32,000 bases of DNA, taken from Sinorhizobium meliloti (GTDB taxonomy: Bacteria; Pseudomonadota; Alphaproteobacteria; Rhizobiales; Rhizobiaceae). Shown piece by piece: positions 7,606-15,925 of the stretch (position 1 is its first letter; every line of letters begins with the position of its first letter). Under the pieces are notes generated by a model that did no database searches, was not told the origin of the DNA, and saw only the letters and a program-made list of their open reading frames with translations. The DNA is taken from assembly GCF_017876815.1 (NCBI RefSeq), contig NZ_JAGIOS010000003.1, positions 1,380,001 through 1,412,000 of the forward strand, read 5' to 3'. The translations under genes were made by a program, and so were the position numbers.

Positions 7606-8550
7606 TCAGACGCGTGACCAGATCCCGTGGTCGATCTTGCCTTGCAGCTCCGGGTAATCCGCAGCGTGGAAAACCGGTGCGAGACCCTGCTTCCGCTGCT
7701 TGAAATAGTCCTTCGTCAATTTCGCGATGGTGCCTGAGAGGAGCAGGATCGCGATGAGATTTATCGTCGCCATCAGGCCCATCGAGGCATCGGCTGCGTC
7801 GAAAACGGTAGCAATGCTCTCGTAGGCGCCCCAGACCACCATCACTAGCGTGGCGCAGCGCATGATCGTCAAACCCAGGCGATTGCCGGCACATCGCGAT
7901 TGCGATGAAATAGGTTCCGGCGGCGCCAATGTGGACATTCATTGCGGCTTGCGTGAGCTGCGTTCCGGTGATGCTGGAACCGGGGTCAAGCGTTCCCGAA
8001 AGCAGGATCATCACCGATGTCGCCGTGCAGATCAGAATCGTGTCGATGAAGACACCGAGAGACTGAACGAAGCCCTGTGAGGAAGGATGATGCGGCACAG
8101 GAGTGGCAACGGCCGCAATGTTTGGAGCCGAACCCATGCCGGCCTCGTTGGAGAAAAGACCGCGTTTGACGCCGTTAAGCATCGCCGCTGCAATTCCACC
8201 TGTGACGCCACCGGCTGCTTCCTGCAGGCCGAAGGCGCTCGAAACTATCGTCCAGAGAACGTGAGGCACCAGCGCCGCATTGGCGATCAGCACATAAACC
8301 GCCATGAGCAGATACGTGACCGCCATGAACGGCACGATGATTTCAGCAACACGGGCAATCTGCCGGATGCCTCCAAAGATAACGACGCCGGACAGCAACG
8401 CTTCGCCAAAATTAAGGCGCAGGAAGTATCGCCGAAAACGACTAAGCTGCCATCGTCAGAAGAGCACAGAGCCTTGTCTGCGGCGGCGAATGATGGGGCA
8501 GCGAACAGAAAACAGGAGATCGCTACGGATCTGATGGAGACGCGCTTCAT
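7606..8550 (-). pseudogene. alanine/glycine:cation symporter (AGCS family) pseudogene
   Basis: GLFSNEAGMGSAPNIAAVATPVPHHPSSQGFVQSLGVFIDTILICTATSVMILLSG is a diagnostic AGCS core (frame of 7286-8398). The C-terminus continues in another frame (7606-7938: ..ATINLIAILLLSGTIAKLTKDYFKQ..), so there is a frameshift near 7870-7900. The N-terminal signal-like MKRVSIRSVAISCFLFAAPSFAA (8550-) is joined directly to mid-protein sequence, indicating an internal deletion. Confidence 0.8.
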
Positions 8551-8862
8551 CGGTGACCGCGTCTTTCGTTCAGCGCCTCCGTCTTGAGCCTGAGCTTCTT
8601 CCCCTCGGATCCCCTTCGTGTGGCGTCAGACTTGCCGACCGCCGCGCGAATGGTTCGAGGCCAAGACCCAGTTCGCCGCTGTCTTCGGCGAGAGATTCGT
8701 CAGTCAATGACGAGAGCGGCCGCCTCACGCACAGAATTCCTGACAGTCCCCGGCAGAACCTGTCGATAAGTCTTGCTTTCTCGTACACTGCCTTCCTTCC
8801 GACCGAAATATCTGCAGGTTGCATGCTCGATCTCAATTTGTAACAGCTTGTGGAGAAGATCA

Positions 8863-9312
8863 TTGACGGAATCGCGCTCAAACGAACTAAGGCTTGAGCT
8901 CACCAGCCGCATCGTGTCCGCTTACTTGAGCCGCAATGTCATTGCTCCCAGCGAACTCCCCCATCTTATTCAGCAAACCTACGGCTCGCTGGGCAAGACT
9001 TCTGAACCAGCGAAAACTCCAGCCACAGTCGAGGAGCAACGCCCCGCCGTGCCGATCAAGAAGTCTGTGACCGACGACTTCATCGTCTGCCTTGAGGACG
9101 GCAAGAGTTTCAAATCTCTGAAGCGACACTTGATGGCAAAATTCGCTCTCACGCCTGAGCAGTATCGAGAAAAGTGGAAGCTCCCGGCCGAGTACCCGAT
9201 GGTAGCTCCGAACTATGCCAGAAAGCGATCCGAGCTCGCACGCGCGACCGGCCTGGGAAAGAAATCGGCGGCAAAGCTCTCCCCGTCTCTGCAAGCGGTA
9301 AGATCGGTCTGA
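8863..9312 (+). CDS. mucR: Ros/MucR-family transcriptional regulator (variant zinc site)
   Basis: [19 protein letters not shown]...[60 protein letters not shown] is collinear with Ros/MucR. The likely start is the TTG at 8863 (MTESRSNEL) with GGAGA 6 nt upstream. The longest ORF starts at 8773. Confidence 0.9.
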   Translation: [149 protein letters not shown]

Positions 9313-9381
9313 AGTTCGGCTGATACCGTGAGGCGAGAGTACCGATCGCAAGCGGGTACGTCACCAAAGGAGGGAAATCCA

Positions 9382-9483
9382 ATGACCGACTGGCGAGACC
9401 TGACCGAAGAAGATGCTATTCACACGGCGGTGGGCGAGCACGGAAAAGACGCCACGGACATCGGTAGCCTACTGCGCTCTTGA
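9382..9483 (+). CDS. small ORF (33 aa) with very strong SD
   Basis: AAAGGAGGGAA lies 6 nt before the ATG. The product is MTDWRDLTEEDAIHTAVGEHGKDATDIGSLLRS. It is shorter than the ORF-track cutoff, and I recognise no family. Confidence 0.35.
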   Translation: MTDWRDLTEEDAIHTAVGEHGKDATDIGSLLRS

Positions 9484-9503
9484 AGCGTAGTGGAGTGGAC
9501 ACG

Positions 9504-10353
9504 CTAGGAAGTGTGGACAGTTATCTGATCCATAGGACGATTGCTGCGATAGTGACGACTGCGAGGTAGTTTTCGGCCGTTTTTTCGAAGCGTGTGGCGA
9601 CCCTGCGGAACTGCTTGAGTCTCGAGAAACGGCATTCGATCAGGTGGCGCTGGGCATAGAGATGCTTGTCCAGCGGGTATTTTTGCGCGCGGGAAGGATT
9701 GTTGGGGATCACCGCCACAGCGCCTTTATCAGCGATAGCGTTGCGCAGGCGATCGCTGTCATAAGCGGTGTCGGCCATGACGATGTCGGCGGGTAGGCCC
9801 TCGATCAGAGCATCGGCTTGCGGCGCTTCGCCCTTCTGGCCCGCGGTCAGCCTGAAGCGGACCGGGCAGCCGAGACCACGCACAGCCATGTGGATCTTGG
9901 TGCTCAGGCCGCCGCGAGAACGGCCAAGGGCTTGATCTTCAGCCCCTTTTTTGCGCCGGCGGCGTGCTGATGGGCGCGGATGATAGTGGAATCAACTATC
10001 AGGTATTCTAAGTCCGGATCGTCCGACATCGCGGCGAACATGCGCCACCAGATGCCCTTCTGGCTCCAGCGGCTGAAACGGCGGAAGACACTGTTCCACT
10101 CGCCGAACACTTCCGGCAGGTCACGCCAGGGCGAGCCGGTACGCACAATCCAAAGCACCGCTTCCACAAACATGCGATTGTCGCGGCCCGACGAACCGCG
10201 CGTGCGCTCGTCACCAATGATGTGATGCGATATCCGTTCCCACTGCTCGTCCCGAAGGATCAGACGATCCAAAACACCCATGACTGCCTCCAAAAGACAG
10301 TCTTGAATCTGATTTGCTCAGCCTTGGGAATCCCAAGAGTCCACACTTCCTAG
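9504..10353 (-). mobile_element. IS5-family, IS427-group-like insertion sequence
   Basis: There are perfect 15-bp terminal inverted repeats: CTAGGAAGTGTGGAC at 9504-9518 and its reverse complement at 10339-10353. The outer CTAG may include the target duplication, so the ends are +/-4 bp. The element is about 850 bp with two overlapping transposase frames. Confidence 0.85.
9521..10281 (-). CDS. IS5/IS427-group transposase made by programmed -1 frameshift (orfA 9904-10281, orfB 9521-9889+)
   Basis: orfA is MGVLDRLILRDEQWERI...SPWRDLP..FG.WNSVFRRFSRW. orfB is ..GGLSTKIHMAVRGLG.PVRF.LTAGQ..E...MADTAYDSD.LR...IPNNPSR...YAQRHLIECRFSRLKQFRRVATRFEK. The slippery heptamer A AAA AAG is on the minus strand at 9946-9952. 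SD GGAGG precedes the ATG at 10281. Confidence 0.9.
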
Positions 10354-10367
10354 AGTACCGCTTCTGG

Positions 10368-10537
10368 TTCGGACTCTTTTCTGAAACTTGCGAAGCGCGG
10401 CGGTCCGTGAGGGCAAGGCGACCGAAGAGGAGGCGATCGGCCCGGCGGCTGGCATGCTGGTGGCGGGGCACGAGACCACCGTCGCGCAGATCAAATTCGG
10501 CCTACTGGCCATGTTCCGCCATCCGCAACAAGTCGGC
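10368..10537 (+). pseudogene. cytochrome P450 internal fragment
   Basis: ..EGKATEEEAIGPAAGMLVAGHETTVAQIKFGLLAMFRHPQQ contains the I-helix AGHETT motif. The fragment is bounded by the IS end on the left and by an antisense methyltransferase remnant on the right, with an extra frameshift near 10385. Confidence 0.6.
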
Positions 10538-10858
10538 AATGTCCATCTGGTGGAATGTCGCGCCGGGGACACACTCCCGGGCGAGTTTCACCATCTCGCC
10601 TGAAAGATCGATCCCCACGACCTCGAAACCGGAGGCCACGAGCTGGCGCGCAGTTGGTAAGCCGGTACCGCAGCCCAGATCCAGAACCCGAGCCCCGGTC
10701 GGCAAGGACCTGATCAGCCAATCGCCCGCTGAGACTTGACCCTGTTTGTTTGGAAAGGCTTCATCATAGTGAGCGCCAATGGCATCGAAGGCTTCTGCCG
10801 GGCCGTCGCGATTGATTCGGAGGCTGTCGTAGCCGCCCGCTCTGTGTTGATTGTCCAC
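10502..10858 (-). pseudogene. class I SAM-dependent methyltransferase, C-terminally truncated
   Basis: ARVLDLGCGTGLPTARQLVASGFEVVGIDLSGEMVKLARE is SAM-binding motif I plus post-I. Only about 105 genuine codons remain, then the frame runs into P450-antisense sequence and stops. The start is GTG at 10858. Confidence 0.7.
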
Positions 10859-10939
10859 TTGAATTAACCTTCCTTAGAACGATCTGGATCGGATTGCCGG
10901 CACGGAGATCAAGTTCAGAGCAAAATCCCTGCGAGACAG

Positions 10940-11745
10940 GCGCAGGCGGATGCTCGGTCATGAAGTCACCGGCTTCCAGGGCGGCTGGCGGCGCTGATCG
11001 CCTGACGGAACACGGGGTGGATAACATCGCCGGCTGCGAGGACCCTGCCGAGGTTGTCATCGTCGGCCAGGTATCGATCTTGATGTAGCCGGTCCGGCCC
11101 ACCTCTACGTGACCGCGAAACCACGCGGTTGCTGGATCGTGACAAGACGAAGCCGCGTGTGGGCAGCTCCTTCACTTAGCCTGTATGCACGTTTCGGATC
11201 CGAACGGCGGTCACTGATTTCCGGCGGCTCGCGCTCTCTGAGAACTTCGTCGATCACTCGGTTCCAGATGACTCTAACCTTAGCTTTGAGCCAAGAGGCG
11301 GTCCCGCAGGATCGACTCTGCTCGGAAGCGATGTCGATGGATGAACGACCGTGACCTTGGAGGCAAGATTCGACAGATGGAGCGCCTCCTGCACTGCTGT
11401 GCTGGCGCCCCCGACAACGACCTTGCTTCTGGTAGAAAAAGCGATCACAGGTGGCGCAAGAAGGCACGCCAAATCCTTTGCATGTCATTTCCGAGGGAAG
11501 GTCAAGCCAGCGAGCCTGGGCTCCCGTTGCGATGAGGGTTGCCTCGGCGATGTACGTGCGCATCTGCTCCATCAGTAAAGGTCCTTCGATTGATCCAGCG
11601 AAACCTGGGAAGTTCTCCACATCCGTCGTGATGATGACCTGGCCGCCGGCCCGCCTCACGAAGGAACTGTTTGGGGTTGACGCCGGCAACCCAGATGGCG
11701 GCTGTATCATCCGGCCGATCCCGCCCCGATGATCATGACTACATG
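10940..11745 (-). pseudogene. trxB: thioredoxin-disulfide reductase pseudogene (multiple frameshifts and an internal deletion)
   Basis: Pieces lie in three frames: [10 protein letters not shown] / ..[12 protein letters not shown] / [16 protein letters not shown]...GPLLMEQMR / [15 protein letters not shown]...GFGV.SCATCD.FFY / [27 protein letters not shown] / VLAAGDVIHPVFRQAISAA / AALEAGDF. The ATG with SD is immediately followed by TAG. Confidence 0.8.
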
Positions 11746-12254
11746 CCGTCCTTTCCCCTAGAATCTCGATATTTCCTCGCTGTTTGAACCATTTCTGTCT
11801 TAGGTGACGTGAATGGCCGTCGGCAGTTTGCGCTTCTCGCTAGTAAGTCACTCAAGAGTCGTGCCAGGTCGTTGGAGTGTGAGCCAAACACGAGAAAAAC
11901 CGGCGCCGGAGCAGGCCGCCGCAAAGCGGACAGGTGATACGCGAGCCGAGAAGCTGGCGCCGAAAAACGGGCCCCGGCTCGTGATTTGCCGGATGACGGC
12001 ATGAGCACAATTGTACCGGTTCCTTGGTAGTCAGGCGCCCTCGACAAGGGGCACAGGTTTCCAAGATCGTCTCGAAGCCGCGTTGAATGACCACGAAGAG
12101 GAGCGCTCAACAACGCCTTGTAAGATTGTCGCAAGCCACCTCCGAGATAGAAATCACCCACCCACTGCTTGGCGCCAATTTGAAGCGCCTACAAATTTTT
12201 TTGTCGACGCGGTGAGGCGCTTGGTCGGGGATCAGGTCCCGCATTGAAGAGTCG

Positions 12255-12285
12255 CTTGACAGCTACATAATATGGCATACCATAA
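12255..12285 (+). promoter_or_regulatory. sigma70-type promoter candidate with overlapping palindrome
   Basis: cTTGACA (12256-12261), N17-18, then ACCATAA, in an AT-rich island. The palindrome TATGG-cata-CCATA (12271-12284) overlaps the -10 region. It lies about 170 nt upstream of the flavin reductase ATG. Confidence 0.35.
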
Positions 12286-12455
12286 GACATAATTTAGAAG
12301 GAGCACTACACGCAGGGGAAGTGCGGGAGGTCCTCAAGTCGACAGAACGGCCCTATGGTTGGCGACCCCCGGCGGGCCGGGCACATGGTGAATCTGCCTG
12401 AGGAAGCCGTCTATGCGACGATGGCAGAATGGCTGGCGCGCAAGGAGGGAATGAC

Positions 12456-13148
12456 ATGAAGGCGGACGTTTTCGACCCGAGAGCTTTGCGCGAGGCGTTT
12501 GGAGCGTTTCCAACCGCAGTGACGGTCATAACAGCCAGCGATCCGGCGGACAGACCGGTTGGTTCCACTGCCAGCTCCTTTACGTCTGTATCCTTGGATC
12601 CGCCGCTGCTGCTCGTTTGCCTTGCCAAGACTGCGCGCGACTACTCGACAATGACCGCAGCCGAGCACTTCGCGATCAACATACTGTCAGAGGCGCAGAA
12701 GGATGTGTCCATTAAATTTGCCCGCCTCGCCGAAGATCGCTTCGCTGCTGTCGACTGGGCGAGGGGTCCGAACGGCTGTCCGATATTCGCGCAGGTGGCG
12801 GCGTGGTTTGAATGTTCGATGCATGATGTCATCGAGGCGGGCGACCATGTCATGATGGTCGGTCGCGTGACGGCCTTCCAAAGCAGCGGCTTGAACGGCC
12901 TGGGCTATGCTCGCGGCGGCTACTTCGCTCCGAGCGTCGTGGCAGAGGCCAATTCCTCTGCAGCGGGCGGAGAGATCGGCGCCGTCGCGGTGTTGGAGCG
13001 CCACGCCGCGCTTTTCCCATTGGGCGACCAAAATCGATCCCTTCCGAGTTACAGCGCCGGGGGCGGTGACCCAGCAAAGACGCTGGCGTCCCAGCTCGAA
13101 CGATCGGGACTGAGCGTCCACGATTGGTTTTCTCTGCTCGATCTATAA
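12456..13148 (+). CDS. flavin reductase-like (FMN-binding split-barrel) protein with C-terminal extension
   Basis: ALREAFGAFPTAVTVITA..PVG.TASSFTSVSLDPPLLLVCL...HFAINILSE.Q...F......RF..V.W......PI......WFEC.....IEAGDH.MMVGRV is typical of HpaC/NtaB-type flavin reductases. SD AAGGAGG lies 7 nt before the ATG at 12456. About 70 extra C-terminal residues belong to no recognised family. Confidence 0.85.
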   Translation: MKADVFDPRALREAFGAFPTAVTVITASDPADRPVGSTASSFTSVSLDPPLLLVCLAKTARDYSTMTAAEHFAINILSEAQKDVSIKFARLAEDRFAAVDWARGPNGCPIFAQVAAWFECSMHDVIEAGDHVMMVGRVTAFQSSGLNGLGYARGGYFAPSVVAEANSSAAGGEIGAVAVLERHAALFPLGDQNRSLPSYSAGGGDPAKTLASQLERSGLSVHDWFSLLDL

Positions 13149-13543
13149 GGACAAGCGGACCGGCGACGGGTCTACTAAAGCTCACGAGCAGCGGCATCTC
13201 AAAAGATCGGGTCTTCCTCATAGGCGGAACGGTCGGGTTAGGAAAGCAGGACAGCTCTGGTTGTCAAAGCGGGCCAGCCCCCTTTGGCGCCGAACGAATT
13301 CGAAGGCGAGAACGGTCTCCAGGGTGGACCGGTAATTCAAGCAAAAGCTAAAGAGCCGCGGTCCTGAGCAGCCCCTCTGAGATAGACCGGTCCGCTGCAT
13401 TCAACACTTCAGAAATACCGCGCGTCATTGCCGCCCGGGGTCTCTTACCGGCTAGCCTCGTCCGGTGTTGCGCTAGTAATCTTGTTCCAGTTTGTGAACA
13501 ATGTCCAAAAAAGGAAGTCCTGCGGATAGGCGGAGCTGGGTTT

Positions 13544-13891
13544 ATGGGAAAAGCCAACCCTCTTGTCGGGGCACTCCCGGTGAGATTGAGACTTGAAGCT
13601 GCGACGGCGCTTAAACGGTACAATAAGGCAGAATGCCACGCCGACCGACTTCGACAGCGGAAGCACGAGCTCGATGGGCAAGCGCGAGCGCTACTGCAGG
13701 TATGGGTTGATCGTCAGGCTGCGAAGGCGCCTGCAACAGAGCTGGACGCAGTTGCAGCCAGGTATCGGATAATTGTGGAGCAACGTTGCAGTCTATTGCG
13801 TGAATTGGTAGACGCTGAACGCGCTCTCCTAGCCGCATTTGAGCGTGCACAAGCGGTCCTGCGGAAGCTAGGTTTTGGCCGAGCGTCGTAG
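13544..13891 (+). CDS. hypothetical protein (helical / coiled-coil-like)
   Basis: The 115-aa ORF has GGAG about 10 nt upstream. Its composition is Ala/Arg/Leu-rich and helical. I recognise no family. Confidence 0.35.
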   Translation: MGKANPLVGALPVRLRLEAATALKRYNKAECHADRLRQRKHELDGQARALLQVWVDRQAAKAPATELDAVAARYRIIVEQRCSLLRELVDAERALLAAFERAQAVLRKLGFGRAS

Positions 13892-14067
13892 CTGCCTTAA
13901 AATCGAATGCCGTGCAGTGTCGCCTATTCTGTACTCTCGTCATCGCATCATGTACCGATGAACTTGTGGCACGGGCTCAAAGAAGCAGCCCTGCCGAACA
14001 CAAAAGATTACCGGTGAGTGCGAAAGCTCAACAGGATAGCAGTCCGGCTTGCTCAGGTGGGGACATT

Positions 14068-14676
14068 ATGAAAACACCGTGGAAATTCCTTGCGCGATTG
14101 AACTTGGGGCGGTCATCGGCGAAAGCGCAACCGAGTTCATCCGGGAATGAAACCGGTTCCAAAACTCTCGAGATCGAAGTGGAGCATACGTCCGCGCTCC
14201 CATCGAGTCCGACTGTGGCTGCCAACCCACCTGTTCAAGATGAGGACGTCTCAATTGATCAAGGGCCGATCGCATCGGACAAGGCGGAAGGCAGAAATGA
14301 TGTCGCACAGGTGTTAGAACCTCCGGCCGGTGCTGACGAGGCTCAAGCAAGCGTGCGTGATGAAGCCGGCGATTCGGGCACCGAAGCGAGTTCGCTGGTT
14401 GAGAAGAGCGCGCCAAGCGCAAAGTCGCAAAGCAAACCGCGGATCAGGCGTGGAGAACGCGGGAAGAGTGCCAACGCCGCCCGCGTGGCTGCGCAGAGCG
14501 CCGCCGCCCCAAAGCGTCACGACAACCTGCAAGCAAGGTCTTCACGTGAGTTGTTTCTTCATGAACTGGCAACACTCGACGAAGAAATCAAAGCGCTTAG
14601 GATTCAACTCGCTCAAAAGCTTCATCTGCAGAACGTTCAGCTGAAGACGATGCTTGAGCGACTCGGAATTACGTGA
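14068..14676 (+). CDS. hypothetical protein with SyrB-like C-terminal coiled-coil motif
   Basis: The likely start is MKTPWKFLARL at 14068. A disordered Ser/Ala/Pro-rich middle is followed by the C-terminus ELATLDEEIKALRIQLAQKLHLQNVQLKTMLERLGIT, which is shared with two other loci in this window. Confidence 0.6.
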   Translation: MKTPWKFLARLNLGRSSAKAQPSSSGNETGSKTLEIEVEHTSALPSSPTVAANPPVQDEDVSIDQGPIASDKAEGRNDVAQVLEPPAGADEAQASVRDEAGDSGTEASSLVEKSAPSAKSQSKPRIRRGERGKSANAARVAAQSAAAPKRHDNLQARSSRELFLHELATLDEEIKALRIQLAQKLHLQNVQLKTMLERLGIT

Positions 14677-15045
14677 GGTCGGGGGAGCTGGTTTCAAGTG
14701 CGAACTTGCTCATCTTTACTCGGCGGGAAGCGTTCGCCGCTATTCAAATTGAATGACTGTGGGAACAGCAATCGCCGCAGCGTGTATTCGCCGACGCGCT
14801 GCGCCCCAGGACAGCCCAGCAACAATACTCAAGCCCAGGTGGTCGCCGACCCTGCGTTATAAGCATTGATCAGCTTTGCTGCGAGCGCTTCAGCTTATAC
14901 AGACTTGCGTGGCCGGTGACCCTAGATCGTCAGGCGCTAAGTCTGAACCAACATCAACGATCCGTAAAGCAGGACTCTGATGGTTGTGTTGACTCTGTCG
15001 GGCACTCGGCCGAAAACAGGCGATGATTAAAGGAGGGAATTGCTG

Positions 15046-15501
15046 ATGGCTGACGAGAGTAATACAGGACCAGTTGCTGCGGCTGTAGAGGCGGGCGCTG
15101 AAGTGAAAGCACCAACGGCCAAGAAGCTGAGGTCGCCACGGCCTCAGAAGGCGGCTGCCGAACCAGCTCGACCAAAGGCGCCAGCCGCTAAACCCAGGAG
15201 GTATAGCGAACAAGAGAGAAACGACAAGCTTAAGCTGATCGAGACGCAAGTCAGCGAAGGCAACACCCTCAAGAACGCCATACAGAGCGCCGGCATACCA
15301 GAGCAAACCTACTATCATTGGAAAGGTGCTGCGAAGATTTCCGCGCAAAAAGACGATAAGGCCACCGAGCCCCTATCAGCCGGCGACGAGTTGGCAGATC
15401 TTGTCGAGCTGGAAGCGGAGAACCAGAAGCTCCGCAAGCGACTGGCGGAGAAGCTGCGAGGGGAAAATGCCGAACTTCGCAAAAGGCTCGGTCTGGACTA
15501 A
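15046..15501 (+). CDS. SyrB-like / IS3-OrfA-like HTH protein
   Basis: AAAGGAGGGAA is the SD before the ATG at 15046. RRYSEQERNDKLKLIETQVSEGNTLKNAIQSAGIPEQTYYHWK is a transposase-type HTH (PF01527-like). The C-terminus is a leucine-zipper-like DLVELEAENQKLRKRLAEKLRGENAELRKRLGLD. Confidence 0.7.
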   Translation: MADESNTGPVAAAVEAGAEVKAPTAKKLRSPRPQKAAAEPARPKAPAAKPRRYSEQERNDKLKLIETQVSEGNTLKNAIQSAGIPEQTYYHWKGAAKISAQKDDKATEPLSAGDELADLVELEAENQKLRKRLAEKLRGENAELRKRLGLD

Positions 15502-15925
15502 CCAGAAACGGGTGTGCGCGAGGCACATTTGTGTCCTGCGTATGCACCAGAGGCCTATATTTGCTCCCCGTTGATTCTCGCTAGCAAACGACTCCTGCCG
15601 TCCCAGCTCTTACTGGGTGAAGGCCCGACCTTCGACCGCGCCGGCAGTCGGTGTCGGGCGAAATGAAAAACTGAGGGGGTCAATTCCTCGATTCGCTTGA
15701 CAGTCGGAATGTCAACGACTTTCGCCGGCTCGAATTTCTGCACGCTCATCCGCCGACTATCGCCGACGTCTTTCGGGCTCTCCAGCAAAACTGCCTGTAC
15801 CCGCCGAAGGCACACGCGCCTGTTGCGCCGTCGCAAAGGGATCCTTGCGACAGCTTGTCCTTCTCACCGGCTCGACCAAAACTGGCCCCTCTTAAGGAGA
15901 AGTGCAGCCGTTTCCAGAAATGCCG

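Noticed and set aside
11739-12161. 140-aa minus-strand ORF and overlapping 80-aa and 63-aa ORFs
   Set aside because: There is no SD and no motif I recognise, and the composition is Ser/Arg/Leu-rich. The region is probably more decayed sequence upstream of the trxB pseudogene, so it is left unannotated.
13150-13543. GTTC-N8-GAAC (about 13485-13502), considered as an alphaproteobacterial SOS box, and the surrounding 400-bp gap
   Set aside because: The alphaproteobacterial LexA site is, as I recall, a direct GAAC-N7-GAAC repeat. This one is inverted and has different spacing. No downstream gene fits, so there is nothing to support a call.
14029-14040. A second CAGGATAG nick-core-like heptamer (and TATCCTGTC at 27521-27529 inside parA)
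   Set aside because: A 7-mer is expected several times by chance in 64 kb of two-strand sequence. These copies lack adjacent inverted repeats and relaxosome genes, or lie inside coding sequence.
14890-15348. 152-aa minus-strand ORF overlapping the SyrB-like gene
   Set aside because: It overlaps the SD-supported plus-strand gene (15046-15501). It has no SD and no recognisable motif.
15555-15749. 64-codon minus-strand ORF (MSVQKFEPAKVVDIP..)
   Set aside because: It has no SD, no family resemblance and no partner genes, so it cannot be distinguished from chance in GC-rich DNA.
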